64,000 nucleotides of DNA from Fimbriimonadia bacterium (GTDB taxonomy: Bacteria; Armatimonadota; Fimbriimonadia; Fimbriimonadales; JABRVX01), in assembly GCA_041483895.1 (NCBI GenBank), contig JBGPGO010000002.1, forward strand, positions 128,001 to 192,000, written 5' to 3'. Each line of letters opens with the position of its first letter. Within the stretch, counting starts at the first letter, position 1. Positions 38,547-48,158 of the stretch are shown one piece after another. Position numbers and translations under genes: made by a program. Below the pieces are notes generated by a model. That model searched no databases and was not told where the DNA came from. It saw only the letters and a program-made list of their open reading frames with translations.

Positions 38547-39029
38547 TTAGTCTTTACACAACACCCGAATCTTTGAGACGTTCTTGATCGTGTAGTCGAA
38601 CTGGCCGAAGCGTTCCCATTCCAGGTTTCCGGTCATGAGGTCGTAGACCGCGGCATAGCCGAAATCGGGACCGAAGAGGGAATCGTGCACGAGCACAAGC
38701 CCGACAACTGGGCGCCGATTGAAATAGGCGCGACGGGACGCGAAAATCGCAGTTCCGTCCTGGCATTGGAACTGCTCCGGGCACTGAAACGTGAGCAAGT
38801 TGTGCGGTTCGTTGGCGCCGGCCGCTCCGAAGAACTCGTAAACCTCAAACTCACCGAATTTTGAATCGGGGGTCGAGGAAACCCAGCCGTCGAAAAACAT
38901 GATGGTGTGGCGATTGGAATTGAAATAGGCTCCGTATTTGGATGCAGTCGTGTACACGATTCCCGTGTCGCTCGCGATTGCGAGCGAGCAGATTGTGGCG
39001 GCCAACGCGGCGAACAGACTCTTCTTCAT
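38547..39029 (-). CDS. Secreted hypothetical protein
   Basis: GGAGG RBS, MKKSLFAALAAT signal peptide. Confidence 0.7.
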   Translation of the reverse strand: MKKSLFAALAATICSLAIASDTGIVYTTASKYGAYFNSNRHTIMFFDGWVSSTPDSKFGEFEVYEFFGAAGANEPHNLLTFQCPEQFQCQDGTAIFASRRAYFNRRPVVGLVLVHDSLFGPDFGYAAVYDLMTGNLEWERFGQFDYTIKNVSKIRVLCKD

Positions 39030-39147
39030 TGAACATCCTCCCTTTGCCGGTAAAAACATGGCGCGTGTATTTGCGCGTAGGTGATAGTACCATGGGTTTG
39101 CCTTCGGCGGCATGGAAACCTGGTAGTTACAAGGGGCGCGCATCAAT

Positions 39148-39211
39148 CCCTCAACAGATCCTCTGTACAGTGACAGGACCTCCTTGACACTTATGACAGG
39201 ACCTGTTGAGG
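39148..39211. repeat. CCTCAACA...TGTTGAGG palindrome enclosing 23-bp TGACAGGACC units
   Basis: CCCTCAACAG..TGACAGGACCTCCTTGACACTTA-TGACAGGACC-TGTTGAGG. Confidence 0.75.
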
Positions 39212-39221
39212 CATTGAAGGC

Positions 39222-39731
39222 TCACTTAACGCGGTGAAAATCGAACTTCGCCTTCTCACCCGGTTTGCCGCCTTTGAAACTCTGCCACTCGCTCACGACG
39301 TGGTTGGGGCCGTCGAACGTGAACGTCACGCGGTGCATGTGCATGTCGCCGGGCTTCATGTTCGAGCCTCTAACGAAATCGAAAAACACGACATTGGCGT
39401 CCTTCCCAGGCTTGAATTTCATGAACGGTTGGTTCCCTGCGCCGCAGTAGTGGGTCATTACCAAGCTGTCGTAATCCATGTGGTAGACGCTGACCATTTC
39501 GAAGGGCGATCCTGGTCCAAGAGTTTCGACCAGTGCGTTGCCGCTTCCTGTGAGTTTGTATTCGACCGTGGCAGGCATTGACTCGCCTCCTTCTCCCATC
39601 TTCCCTTCCCACTTGCCAACGAGGGTCTTCATTTTTTCGAAGGCTTGCTTGCCAGCGTCGTCGTGCCGTGCCATCGATCCAGCGGGTGCCATGAGCGCGA
39701 ATAAAAGGGCGGTGAGCATTACAGTTTTCAT
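39222..39731 (-). CDS. Secreted hypothetical protein
   Basis: AGGAGG RBS, signal peptide, LVGKWEG, MVSVYH, LVMTHYCGAGNQP. Confidence 0.8.
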   Translation of the reverse strand: MKTVMLTALLFALMAPAGSMARHDDAGKQAFEKMKTLVGKWEGKMGEGGESMPATVEYKLTGSGNALVETLGPGSPFEMVSVYHMDYDSLVMTHYCGAGNQPFMKFKPGKDANVVFFDFVRGSNMKPGDMHMHRVTFTFDGPNHVVSEWQSFKGGKPGEKAKFDFHRVK

Positions 39732-39810
39732 TGGGACCTCCTACGACTGCTAAGTATATCCGACGGGTGGCAAGGAAAAAAGCTTCAATCCCTTGTATGT
39801 TTCAATCAAT

Positions 39811-40030
39811 CCCTCAACAGGTCCTCCTGTTGAGTGTCTTCGGGAGGCTCAGATCCGCAAAACGGCTGCAAGTGATTTGAGGTTCTCACTTGGTCGGGTG
39901 CATCGCCGGTTCGATGTCCGCCGTCCGAGTTCTGGGGCCCGCATGCGTGGCCTGTCCGCCCTACCGGCGGGGATTTCTGTCGCCGGCCGAAGTGGTTGCC
40001 AGGCGCCCTCAACAGGAGGACCTGTTGAGG
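39811..40030. repeat. Composite element: two palindromes bracketing a 115-bp conserved segment (copy 1)
   Basis: Palindromes at 39811-39834 and 40006-40030; 39916-40030 aligns without gaps to 41720-41834. Confidence 0.85.
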
Positions 40031-40228
40031 CATTGAACACCCAGACGCATCCGGTGGTATGTACCACATTCGAATGACAGTGAAAATCAGGACGTGACAC
40101 GCCGTGTTCCTGCCGGCCAGAATGAACTATCTGAAGCTATCGATCTGTTCCTGTTGAGAACCGATGGAGATGTTCTAGCCCCAGACCGCAGGTAAGCGCT
40201 GCGACGGAAGGTCCGAAGGAGGATCAAG

Positions 40229-40408
40229 ATGTTATATTGGGCAGTAGTGTTTTTCGTTGTCGCGATCGTTGCTGCAATTCTTGGCTTCGCCGGAATCGCA
40301 GGAGCCTCTGCGGGAATCGCCAAGATTTTGTTCGCCGTCTTTGTTGTCCTTTTCATACTGTCGATGTTGATGCACGGTGGACGCGGGCGTCTTAGAAACT
40401 CTCCTTAG
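40229..40408 (+). CDS. DUF1328 small membrane protein (absent from ORF track)
   Basis: [44 protein letters not shown]. Confidence 0.9.
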   Translation: MLYWAVVFFVVAIVAAILGFAGIAGASAGIAKILFAVFVVLFILSMLMHGGRGRLRNSP

Positions 40409-40434
40409 GAGACCTACAAGAAGGAAGTTAACGC

Positions 40435-40767
40435 ATGTCACGTAGTGAAGAAGCCAGAATCTATTCAAACATGACGGTTACAGTCGTAATATTGGTCATT
40501 GTCGGAGTTTTGCTCGCCGCGATATTTCTATTGTGGCTGCCTTCGCGCAATTCGACTACATACATCGAACACATGCCGCAGGTCCAACCGCAACAGAGTC
40601 AACCGGCCACTCCAGGTCTGCAGGGAGCTCCGGGCGCCACAGGGCAGCCGGGACCACAAGGGGTCCAAGGGTCGCCAGGCGCCAACGGCGCGAACGGTGC
40701 GAACGGCAGTTCGTCCGGCGGGACGACGGGCGGCGGAAATACCGACGCTACGACCAACGGTGGCTAG
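40435..40767 (+). CDS. Small membrane-anchored protein with collagen-like Gly-X-Y repeat
   Basis: TM segment then GLQGAPGATGQPGPQGVQGSPGANGANGANG. Confidence 0.75.
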   Translation: MSRSEEARIYSNMTVTVVILVIVGVLLAAIFLLWLPSRNSTTYIEHMPQVQPQQSQPATPGLQGAPGATGQPGPQGVQGSPGANGANGANGSSSGGTTGGGNTDATTNGG

Positions 40768-40838
40768 AGATGGGAGCGCCATCGGCGCAGTGGACCAACC
40801 GTGCAAGCGCACCCCTGAGGAGGAACGTGCAAGGAGGT

Positions 40839-41324
40839 ATGATGAAAATAAGCGATCTGATAAGCATGTCGATTGTTAGCATAACAGATGGAGAGAGGAT
40901 GGGCACGGTTAAAGATGTGCTCATCGATACCGGTAAGCTGCGGGCGACGGCGCTGATCCTTGGCGGCAAATCCGGCAAGGGTTTCTTATCGCTCGATCAC
41001 GTCAAGAGTTTCGGCCCTGACGCCATCACGATAGAAGGCGCGGACGCGATCCAATGGTCCACGGGACAACTCCATGACGATAGTGGAAGAGAGGCCGCCG
41101 ACTTGATGAAACTCAGTGTCGTGGACGACTCTGGCACGGAAATCGGAGAGTTGCACGAGATCACAGTCGACCTGCCCAGTGGCAACGTCCTGACATTGAG
41201 CGCGAGGAAGGGTGGCGTCTTCGGAATCGGCGCCGAATTTAGCGATATACCAGTTGAAGAAATAGTAAGTATCGGCGCCTCCCTCATTACCGTCAAACAG
41301 GCGGTCGTCTCCGCTACCGTATAA
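40839..41324 (+). CDS. Tandem PRC-barrel domain protein
   Basis: AAGGAGG RBS; GERMGTVKDVLID..FGPDAITI and GTEIGELHEITVD..SIGASLITV. Confidence 0.88.
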   Translation: MMKISDLISMSIVSITDGERMGTVKDVLIDTGKLRATALILGGKSGKGFLSLDHVKSFGPDAITIEGADAIQWSTGQLHDDSGREAADLMKLSVVDDSGTEIGELHEITVDLPSGNVLTLSARKGGVFGIGAEFSDIPVEEIVSIGASLITVKQAVVSATV

Positions 41325-41336
41325 GGAGGTCAACAA

Positions 41337-41492
41337 ATGTTAGAAGCTATTATCGTGATTCTCGTCATCCTTTGGCTGCTCGGGTTTTTTGCCATGCATA
41401 TCACGAGTGGAATGATCCATGTGCTGTTGGTGGTTGCGCTCGTTGTGTTCATCGCCCGCATGCTGGGCTCCCGAAGGTCGATAGAGGACTGA
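41337..41492 (+). CDS. lmo0937-family small membrane protein (absent from ORF track)
   Basis: AAGGAGG RBS; ILVILWLLG..GMIHVLLVVALV. Confidence 0.85.
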   Translation: MLEAIIVILVILWLLGFFAMHITSGMIHVLLVVALVVFIARMLGSRRSIED

Positions 41493-41557
41493 GGGCTCCA
41501 ATCGCAACGCCAAAACGCAAGTTCCCCCCGCATTGAACCCGCGGGGATTTGTAATGT

Positions 41558-41834
41558 TTCAACAATCACATTGTTGAGGCGGGTTGTTGCAGTAACCTCC
41601 GTTTCGGCGGGAACTTGGGGCGCTCGATAATTGAGCCCGGCTTTGTTCACGCCTGCCGAACTTCGTGGCGGTTGCAACGTTCACTAGCCCTCAACAATGT
41701 GATTGTTGAGGCATTACAAGTCCGCCGTCCGGGTCCTGGGGCCCGCATGCGTAGCCTGTCCGCGCTACCGGCGGGGAGTTCTGTCGCTGGCCGAGGTGGC
41801 TGCCAGGCGCCCTCAACAGGAGGACCTGTTGAGG
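41558..41834. repeat. Composite palindromic element (copy 2)
   Basis: TCAACAATCACATTGTTGAGG (41559), CCCTCAACAATGTGATTGTTGAGG (41688), 115-bp segment 41720-41834 ending CCCTCAACAGGAGGACCTGTTGAGG. Confidence 0.85.
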
Positions 41835-41926
41835 GATGGATGGAAAAGCGGGGTATATTACACTCGTATTGGAGCCCAACGATCTTGGGCTTTATGCTAC
41901 GAATCTAGTCAAAAGGGAGAACATCT

Positions 41927-42361
41927 GTGAAAAAATTCATCGCACTGACGGCGCTTTTCGTCGTAGTGGTCTCCGGCGCGTTCGCCGGTGGATTGTCCTA
42001 TGGCAAAGGCACATTCGTCACGACAAACGGACTTAAGGGGACCTTCGATTTCTGGTTTACATCGAGTCCGGCCTTCATGAGTCGATTTAAGGTTGGCGTC
42101 GACTTTGGAACAAACCCGCCTGGGGTCTACTACTTCAACGGTTCGTGGATGCTGGGCGCCACATGCAAAGCCGTCCCATTGGAGTCAGGCATCGAAGCAA
42201 AGGGATTGTGGAACGGTCAGTTCACGGATGGATGCCTCCACGCCTTCAAAGTGCTTGGCGGAACGATTCTGGATTTCGATGTGTTCGATGCACTCGGGTA
42301 TCTGATAACGGAGCAGATCGGCTGGGTGACGAGCGGGAACGTTACCATCATTTGCAGATAA
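41927..42361 (+). CDS. Secreted hypothetical protein, distant paralog of 38547-39029
   Basis: GGGAG RBS, signal peptide; shared FDxWxxSxP and terminal I/V-x-x-C-K/R. Confidence 0.7.
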   Translation: MKKFIALTALFVVVVSGAFAGGLSYGKGTFVTTNGLKGTFDFWFTSSPAFMSRFKVGVDFGTNPPGVYYFNGSWMLGATCKAVPLESGIEAKGLWNGQFTDGCLHAFKVLGGTILDFDVFDALGYLITEQIGWVTSGNVTIICR

Positions 42362-42382
42362 GCGCGCAGCGCAGTTTTGTTA

Positions 42383-42651
42383 ATCCCCCAACAATGTGAT
42401 TGTTGGGGGATTTCAGGGCCCGCATGCGTGGCCTGTCCGCGCTACCGGCGGGGATTTCTGTCGCTGACCGAGGTGGCTGCCATGCGCCCTCAACAGGAGA
42501 CCACAAGACAGGTTGCGCGGGGTGGGAAGCCCCGGCGCGTCTGGGGCGGCGCGGGGGTCCGTGGGCGGGGGCCGATTCCTCCCAAGCTCGGAATGGCACT
42601 TCTGCCAAACGGCGGCCCTGTTGCTTCAGCAGGAGGACCTGCTGAAGCATT
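42383..42651. repeat. Composite palindromic element (copy 3)
   Basis: CCCCCAACAATGTGATTGTTGGGGG, segment 42416-42499 matching copies 1 and 2, CTTCAGCAGGAGGACCTGCTGAAG near 42624-42647. Confidence 0.8.
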
Positions 42652-42724
42652 CGACTTGCAATTCAGCCAAATGGCTGATATCATTGAGACTGTCATCGGC
42701 CTTGCAGGTTTGGAGGATGAGCGA

Positions 42725-44299
42725 ATGGTCCGCAGTTTCTTGACTGTAGTCACCGTATCCGTCATTGTCTTCTCGTCAGTTGCAGCACAATACGAACTTA
42801 TCAGCGGAACCCCGGGCGGCGTGGCGGGTAACGGTCCCTCTAAAAGGGCCTGTCTGAGCGCCGACGGACGATACGTCGCGTTCGACAGCGACGCATCAGA
42901 TTTGGTCGCAAACGATACAAACAACCGCACGGACGTTTTTGTCCGCGATCGGTTATTGAATGTGACCGTTCGGGCTTCTACCGCGAGTAATGGTGCGCAA
43001 GCGAGTGGGGCGTCATATGCGCCAAGAATCTCGGACGATGGCCGGTTCATATTATTCATAACGTTTGCATCCAATCTCGTCGAAGGCGGGGCGGTACCAG
43101 CATTGTGCATGAAAGATCGAGTAACCGGCAATCTGAAGTACGTAACCTCAGGTATGGCGTACGACCTAAGTCAATTCTCTGGCGCGCCAAGCTACACGCT
43201 TTCACGTGACGGCAGGTACGTTGTCTATCAAATCTCAGCAACCGCAGAACTATATCGCTGGGACCGGACCAATTCGGAGACAATTCTGGTCTTGCCTACT
43301 CCAGGGAATGTCCGCGGCCAGCCCGGGATATCTTCTGACGGACGGTATGTCATTTGGAGTTTAGACGAAAGCGTAATATTTCGCTTTGACTGCATTGCAG
43401 GGAATTGGCTAAAAGTTACCGATCACGGGAGCTATGCATCAATGTCGGCCTCAGGGGGTACGATTTATTTCATCACATCCAGTCCAATCGATGGAACTGA
43501 CACAAATGGGAAGCCGGACGTCTACCGCTGGCAGGCTTCTTCAGGCCTCATTGACCGCATCTCGCTTGCTTCGGATGGCGCCCAGACTTCTGGAGACTTC
43601 AGAGCGTGCGCGGTGGATACGGAAGGCCGATGCGTTGTCTATGGTCATTGGTTCGATTTTGGGACGGTTAGTCATATCGACAGTGTCGTGCTTCGAGATA
43701 CGGCGACATACGACACGCTGCAATATCCAGATACTGGTTCGTATGTTGCTCATCCAGATATCTCCGCTGATGGCATGTCGATCGCCTTCGAAATCTCGAG
43801 CTCTCTGACCGCTCTGGATACAAACAGCGATTGGGATGTATATGTGACCACTTACGCACATCCTGCGATTCAGAGCGCGAGTGGCCTGATCGACTGGCAA
43901 TTCCTTCGTGGACCATCACCGAACCAGATCTCAATCGATCTCCGTAGGCCAAATGTTGCGTACCCAATGGCGACGCTCTCGGTCGACGCCGGGTCCGATG
44001 GCAGTTTCTCTATCCCCGTTCCACCGACAATGTTTGACATATCCATCCGCCACGAGAGTTGGGTACTGCGTACGATTAAGGGCCTGGATGCGACTTCGGC
44101 CCCCGTCGTCGACGTGCAGGTGAACCTGGTCAATGGCGACGCAAATCGCGACAACGTTGTCGATCTTTTCGATTTGAGCTTTATGTTCATCACGTTCGGC
44201 CAGACATCCCAACCATCGGACGTAAACCTTGACGGCGTCGTGGATCTTCGAGATATCACAGTCGTATTCCTTAACTTTGGAGCGGTCGGGGATACCTAA
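42725..44299 (+). CDS. Secreted TolB-like/PD40 beta-propeller with C-terminal dockerin-like tail
   Basis: GGAGG RBS; SADGRYVAFDSDASDLVANDTN..DVFVRD repeats; NGDANRDNVVDLFDL..DVNLDGVVDLRDI. Confidence 0.88.
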   Translation: MVRSFLTVVTVSVIVFSSVAAQYELISGTPGGVAGNGPSKRACLSADGRYVAFDSDASDLVANDTNNRTDVFVRDRLLNVTVRASTASNGAQASGASYAPRISDDGRFILFITFASNLVEGGAVPALCMKDRVTGNLKYVTSGMAYDLSQFSGAPSYTLSRDGRYVVYQISATAELYRWDRTNSETILVLPTPGNVRGQPGISSDGRYVIWSLDESVIFRFDCIAGNWLKVTDHGSYASMSASGGTIYFITSSPIDGTDTNGKPDVYRWQASSGLIDRISLASDGAQTSGDFRACAVDTEGRCVVYGHWFDFGTVSHIDSVVLRDTATYDTLQYPDTGSYVAHPDISADGMSIAFEISSSLTALDTNSDWDVYVTTYAHPAIQSASGLIDWQFLRGPSPNQISIDLRRPNVAYPMATLSVDAGSDGSFSIPVPPTMFDISIRHESWVLRTIKGLDATSAPVVDVQVNLVNGDANRDNVVDLFDLSFMFITFGQTSQPSDVNLDGVVDLRDITVVFLNFGAVGDT

Positions 44300-44403
44300 A
44301 TCGTATATCGGTCACACAGGAAGGTTGAATTGCAATGCCCCGCGAATCAAGTTCGTGAAGCCAAATACCGCCTCCGCAACGTGGTTGCGAAGTCATTCGG
44401 AGT

Positions 44404-45882
44404 CTAACCGGGTTGGTCTTTGAGATCCGGGTATGTCTCGAGAATATTTCGTCGTAATGCGTCGATGATTACCCGAACAGGGTCCGAAACAAAGATCCAT
44501 TCATCAATTGTCGCTAGTATTCTCTTGGCCTGTTCGCGAGTCGAGTTTGGGCATTCAGCAAGGATCGCAGCTATTTGAGACACGACATCTTCATCCGCGG
44601 CGCTCTCGATGGCAGCGACTAGCGATTCGCGCATACTATCTGATGTTCTCGGATTTCGTGCCAGCGCGCGCGCGATGGCGAATGCAAGTTGCTGCGGTTT
44701 TTCAAGCGTGCCGGGCAGAGCTTGACTCTTGCCAAGGAATCCATAGGGCGCAGCCCCGATCTTGACTGAAACGACCAGCTTATCTCGTCCGAGCGCTATG
44801 CCTGTCTCTTGATCCGTCCAGTTGCTGCCATGAAAGTCAGCAGTAATGAGAGCCACAAGCGCCTCTGCTGTCCTAAGCGCCGCCCAGATTTCGTCTTGCC
44901 ACTCCTTCGTCGGTTCTATGTCCACGTGGGCGACAAATCCGGATATGCCGACCTTGCTCAGCTCGCATCGTAACTCGGAAACCTGTTTCTTGTGTGAGGC
45001 TACGTGGCTGATAAAGAGACGAAAGCCGGGAAATCCCCAAACGCTCAGCTCATGTGCAATCATTTCGTTCGACGGTAGAGCCACGCCGCGCCGACGCCAT
45101 CCTGCTGGCGCAACGAGAGCCGGTTGGATCACGACCTGAGTTATTGCATGGCTTGGAAACTGCTGAAGGAACTCTTGCGTGGTTGTCAGTATTGTCTTGC
45201 CTAGCTCATCGACTTCATTCCGAATCGAAGCGTAAAGATCGGTGGGAATCTGTAATATGAGCAGGTACCACCAACTGCCTCCGTCCCAGCTATCTGATCC
45301 AGAGAGCTGAATTTGGCCAAGCGACGCACTTAAGACTTCGCTTAGGCGAAGATTCCCCGTTTGGAGAAAGAAATTCGCTAGGGTCGCAATCAGTGATTCC
45401 GGATTTCTGGTGAGGTCGTCAAAGTTCGATACGGTAAACCGTGGCTGTTCAATCGCCGAGTCGATCTGTGTATACGTGTAAATTGGCCGACCCGCGATCA
45501 ACTTGCCTGGAACCAATTTCCAGCCTTCGTATGCAAGGTATTCATTTCCAAGGTGGACAAGGCGGTCTCCCTCATCCTGATCCTTGCGTACAACTGGATG
45601 GACCACTTCGCATAAAAAATCCAGAAATACCTCGTCCGGCCCAGACATCAACTCAAATCGACCATCATCATAAACCCAGTCGTCGGGCCAATCGCTGTTG
45701 AGGTCTCTATGTTGGCGTATGTCGCCTTCGGCGTTCGAGAATCGGGGGTCGTTAGAAGGAAGTTGGGTCAGATCGTAGAGTCGCGAAAGAAAGCCCGCCT
45801 CTTCTAGCGTGCCCCACCATCTGATGTGTTGAACTCGAAGTTCGTCAAAGATGTCACGCCGGGTCTTCCGTGAAATGCTCAT
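44404..45882 (-). CDS. AbiJ N-terminal domain 3-like + TIR domain protein (candidate anti-phage)
   Basis: FLSRLYDL..PS.DPRF..AEGDIRQH..DW.DDW..FLCEVVHPVVR; TIR FRLFISH..FVAH.DIEP..WQDEI..SNWTDQE. Confidence 0.82.
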   Translation of the reverse strand: MSISRKTRRDIFDELRVQHIRWWGTLEEAGFLSRLYDLTQLPSNDPRFSNAEGDIRQHRDLNSDWPDDWVYDDGRFELMSGPDEVFLDFLCEVVHPVVRKDQDEGDRLVHLGNEYLAYEGWKLVPGKLIAGRPIYTYTQIDSAIEQPRFTVSNFDDLTRNPESLIATLANFFLQTGNLRLSEVLSASLGQIQLSGSDSWDGGSWWYLLILQIPTDLYASIRNEVDELGKTILTTTQEFLQQFPSHAITQVVIQPALVAPAGWRRRGVALPSNEMIAHELSVWGFPGFRLFISHVASHKKQVSELRCELSKVGISGFVAHVDIEPTKEWQDEIWAALRTAEALVALITADFHGSNWTDQETGIALGRDKLVVSVKIGAAPYGFLGKSQALPGTLEKPQQLAFAIARALARNPRTSDSMRESLVAAIESAADEDVVSQIAAILAECPNSTREQAKRILATIDEWIFVSDPVRVIIDALRRNILETYPDLKDQPG

Positions 45883-45896
45883 TAAGATAATTTCGA

Positions 45897-45918
45897 GGGA
45901 CCCGCCGGGGCGGGTCCC
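45897..45918 (-). terminator. Hairpin downstream of groEL
   Basis: GGGACCCGC-CGGG-GCGGGTCCC stem-loop 15 nt after the groEL stop; no clear U-tract. Confidence 0.5.
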
Positions 45919-45933
45919 GTCAATCTGCTTTGA

Positions 45934-47607
<1,674 letters not shown>

Positions 47608-47895
47608 TTATGCGTGGATTGCGTAAATCTGGTCTTCGTCCAGGATGGTGTACTCTTTGCCTTCGACGTGCACTTCGGTGCCGCCGTATTTGCTGAATAT
47701 CACCTTATCTTTGACTTTGACGGACATGGTGGCTCTGTCGCCGTTTTCGAGCATCTTGCCGGGTCCGATGGCGACGACGACGCCCTCTTGGGGCTTTTTC
47801 TGCGCCGAGTCGGGCAGGAGGATGCCGCCGGAGGTTTTGTCCTCGCTTTCGAGCACTTCGATAACCACCTTGTCGCCGAGGGGTTTTAGGGTCAT
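47608..47895 (-). CDS. groS: Co-chaperonin GroES
   Basis: [41 protein letters not shown]. Confidence 0.98.
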   Translation of the reverse strand: MTLKPLGDKVVIEVLESEDKTSGGILLPDSAQKKPQEGVVVAIGPGKMLENGDRATMSVKVKDKVIFSKYGGTEVHVEGKEYTILDEDQIYAIHA

Positions 47896-47918
47896 GTGCG
47901 CTTCTCCTTTGAAGTTTC

Positions 47919-47945
47919 TTGGCACTCTTAGGTCGGGAGTGCCAA
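47919..47945. promoter_or_regulatory. CIRCE (HrcA operator) 1
   Basis: TTGGCACTC-N9-GAGTGCCAA. Confidence 0.92.
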
Positions 47946-47987
47946 GGTTGGTTGTACCCTTTTGGGGGCGGGGGTTGTCAAGGGGTT

Positions 47988-48014
47988 TTGGCACTTTCGG
48001 GTCTTGAGTGCCAA
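47988..48014. promoter_or_regulatory. CIRCE (HrcA operator) 2
   Basis: TTGGCACTT-N9-GAGTGCCAA; minus-strand TTGACA at 47976-47981 lies between the two boxes. Confidence 0.88.
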
Positions 48015-48158
48015 GGTTTTGGGGTCTTTGCGCTGGGGTCTGGGTTGTTCGCATCCGGCAACAAGTTCTCCTCTCGATGGACGAATATCCTGATTTGGTA
48101 GCACCCATTTCAAAGCCGTTCCTGTATAATGTGTTCATTGCTTGGAGAAATCAATACG

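Noticed and set aside
39059..39075. Second sigma-54 promoter TGGCGC..TTTGC
   Set aside because: GG-to-GC spacing is 11 rather than 10, and it points away from the adjacent gene
39148..42651. Palindromes as CRISPR repeats or integron attC sites
   Set aside because: Spacing is irregular, orientations and loops vary, flanking genes point both ways, and no cas or intI gene is in the window; kept as an unassigned repeat family
42377..42724. N-terminal extension of the propeller ORF and other short ORFs translated from the repeat (e.g. 39793-40077, 41615-41908)
   Set aside because: They are translations of the non-coding repeat; RBS and signal peptide place the start at 42725
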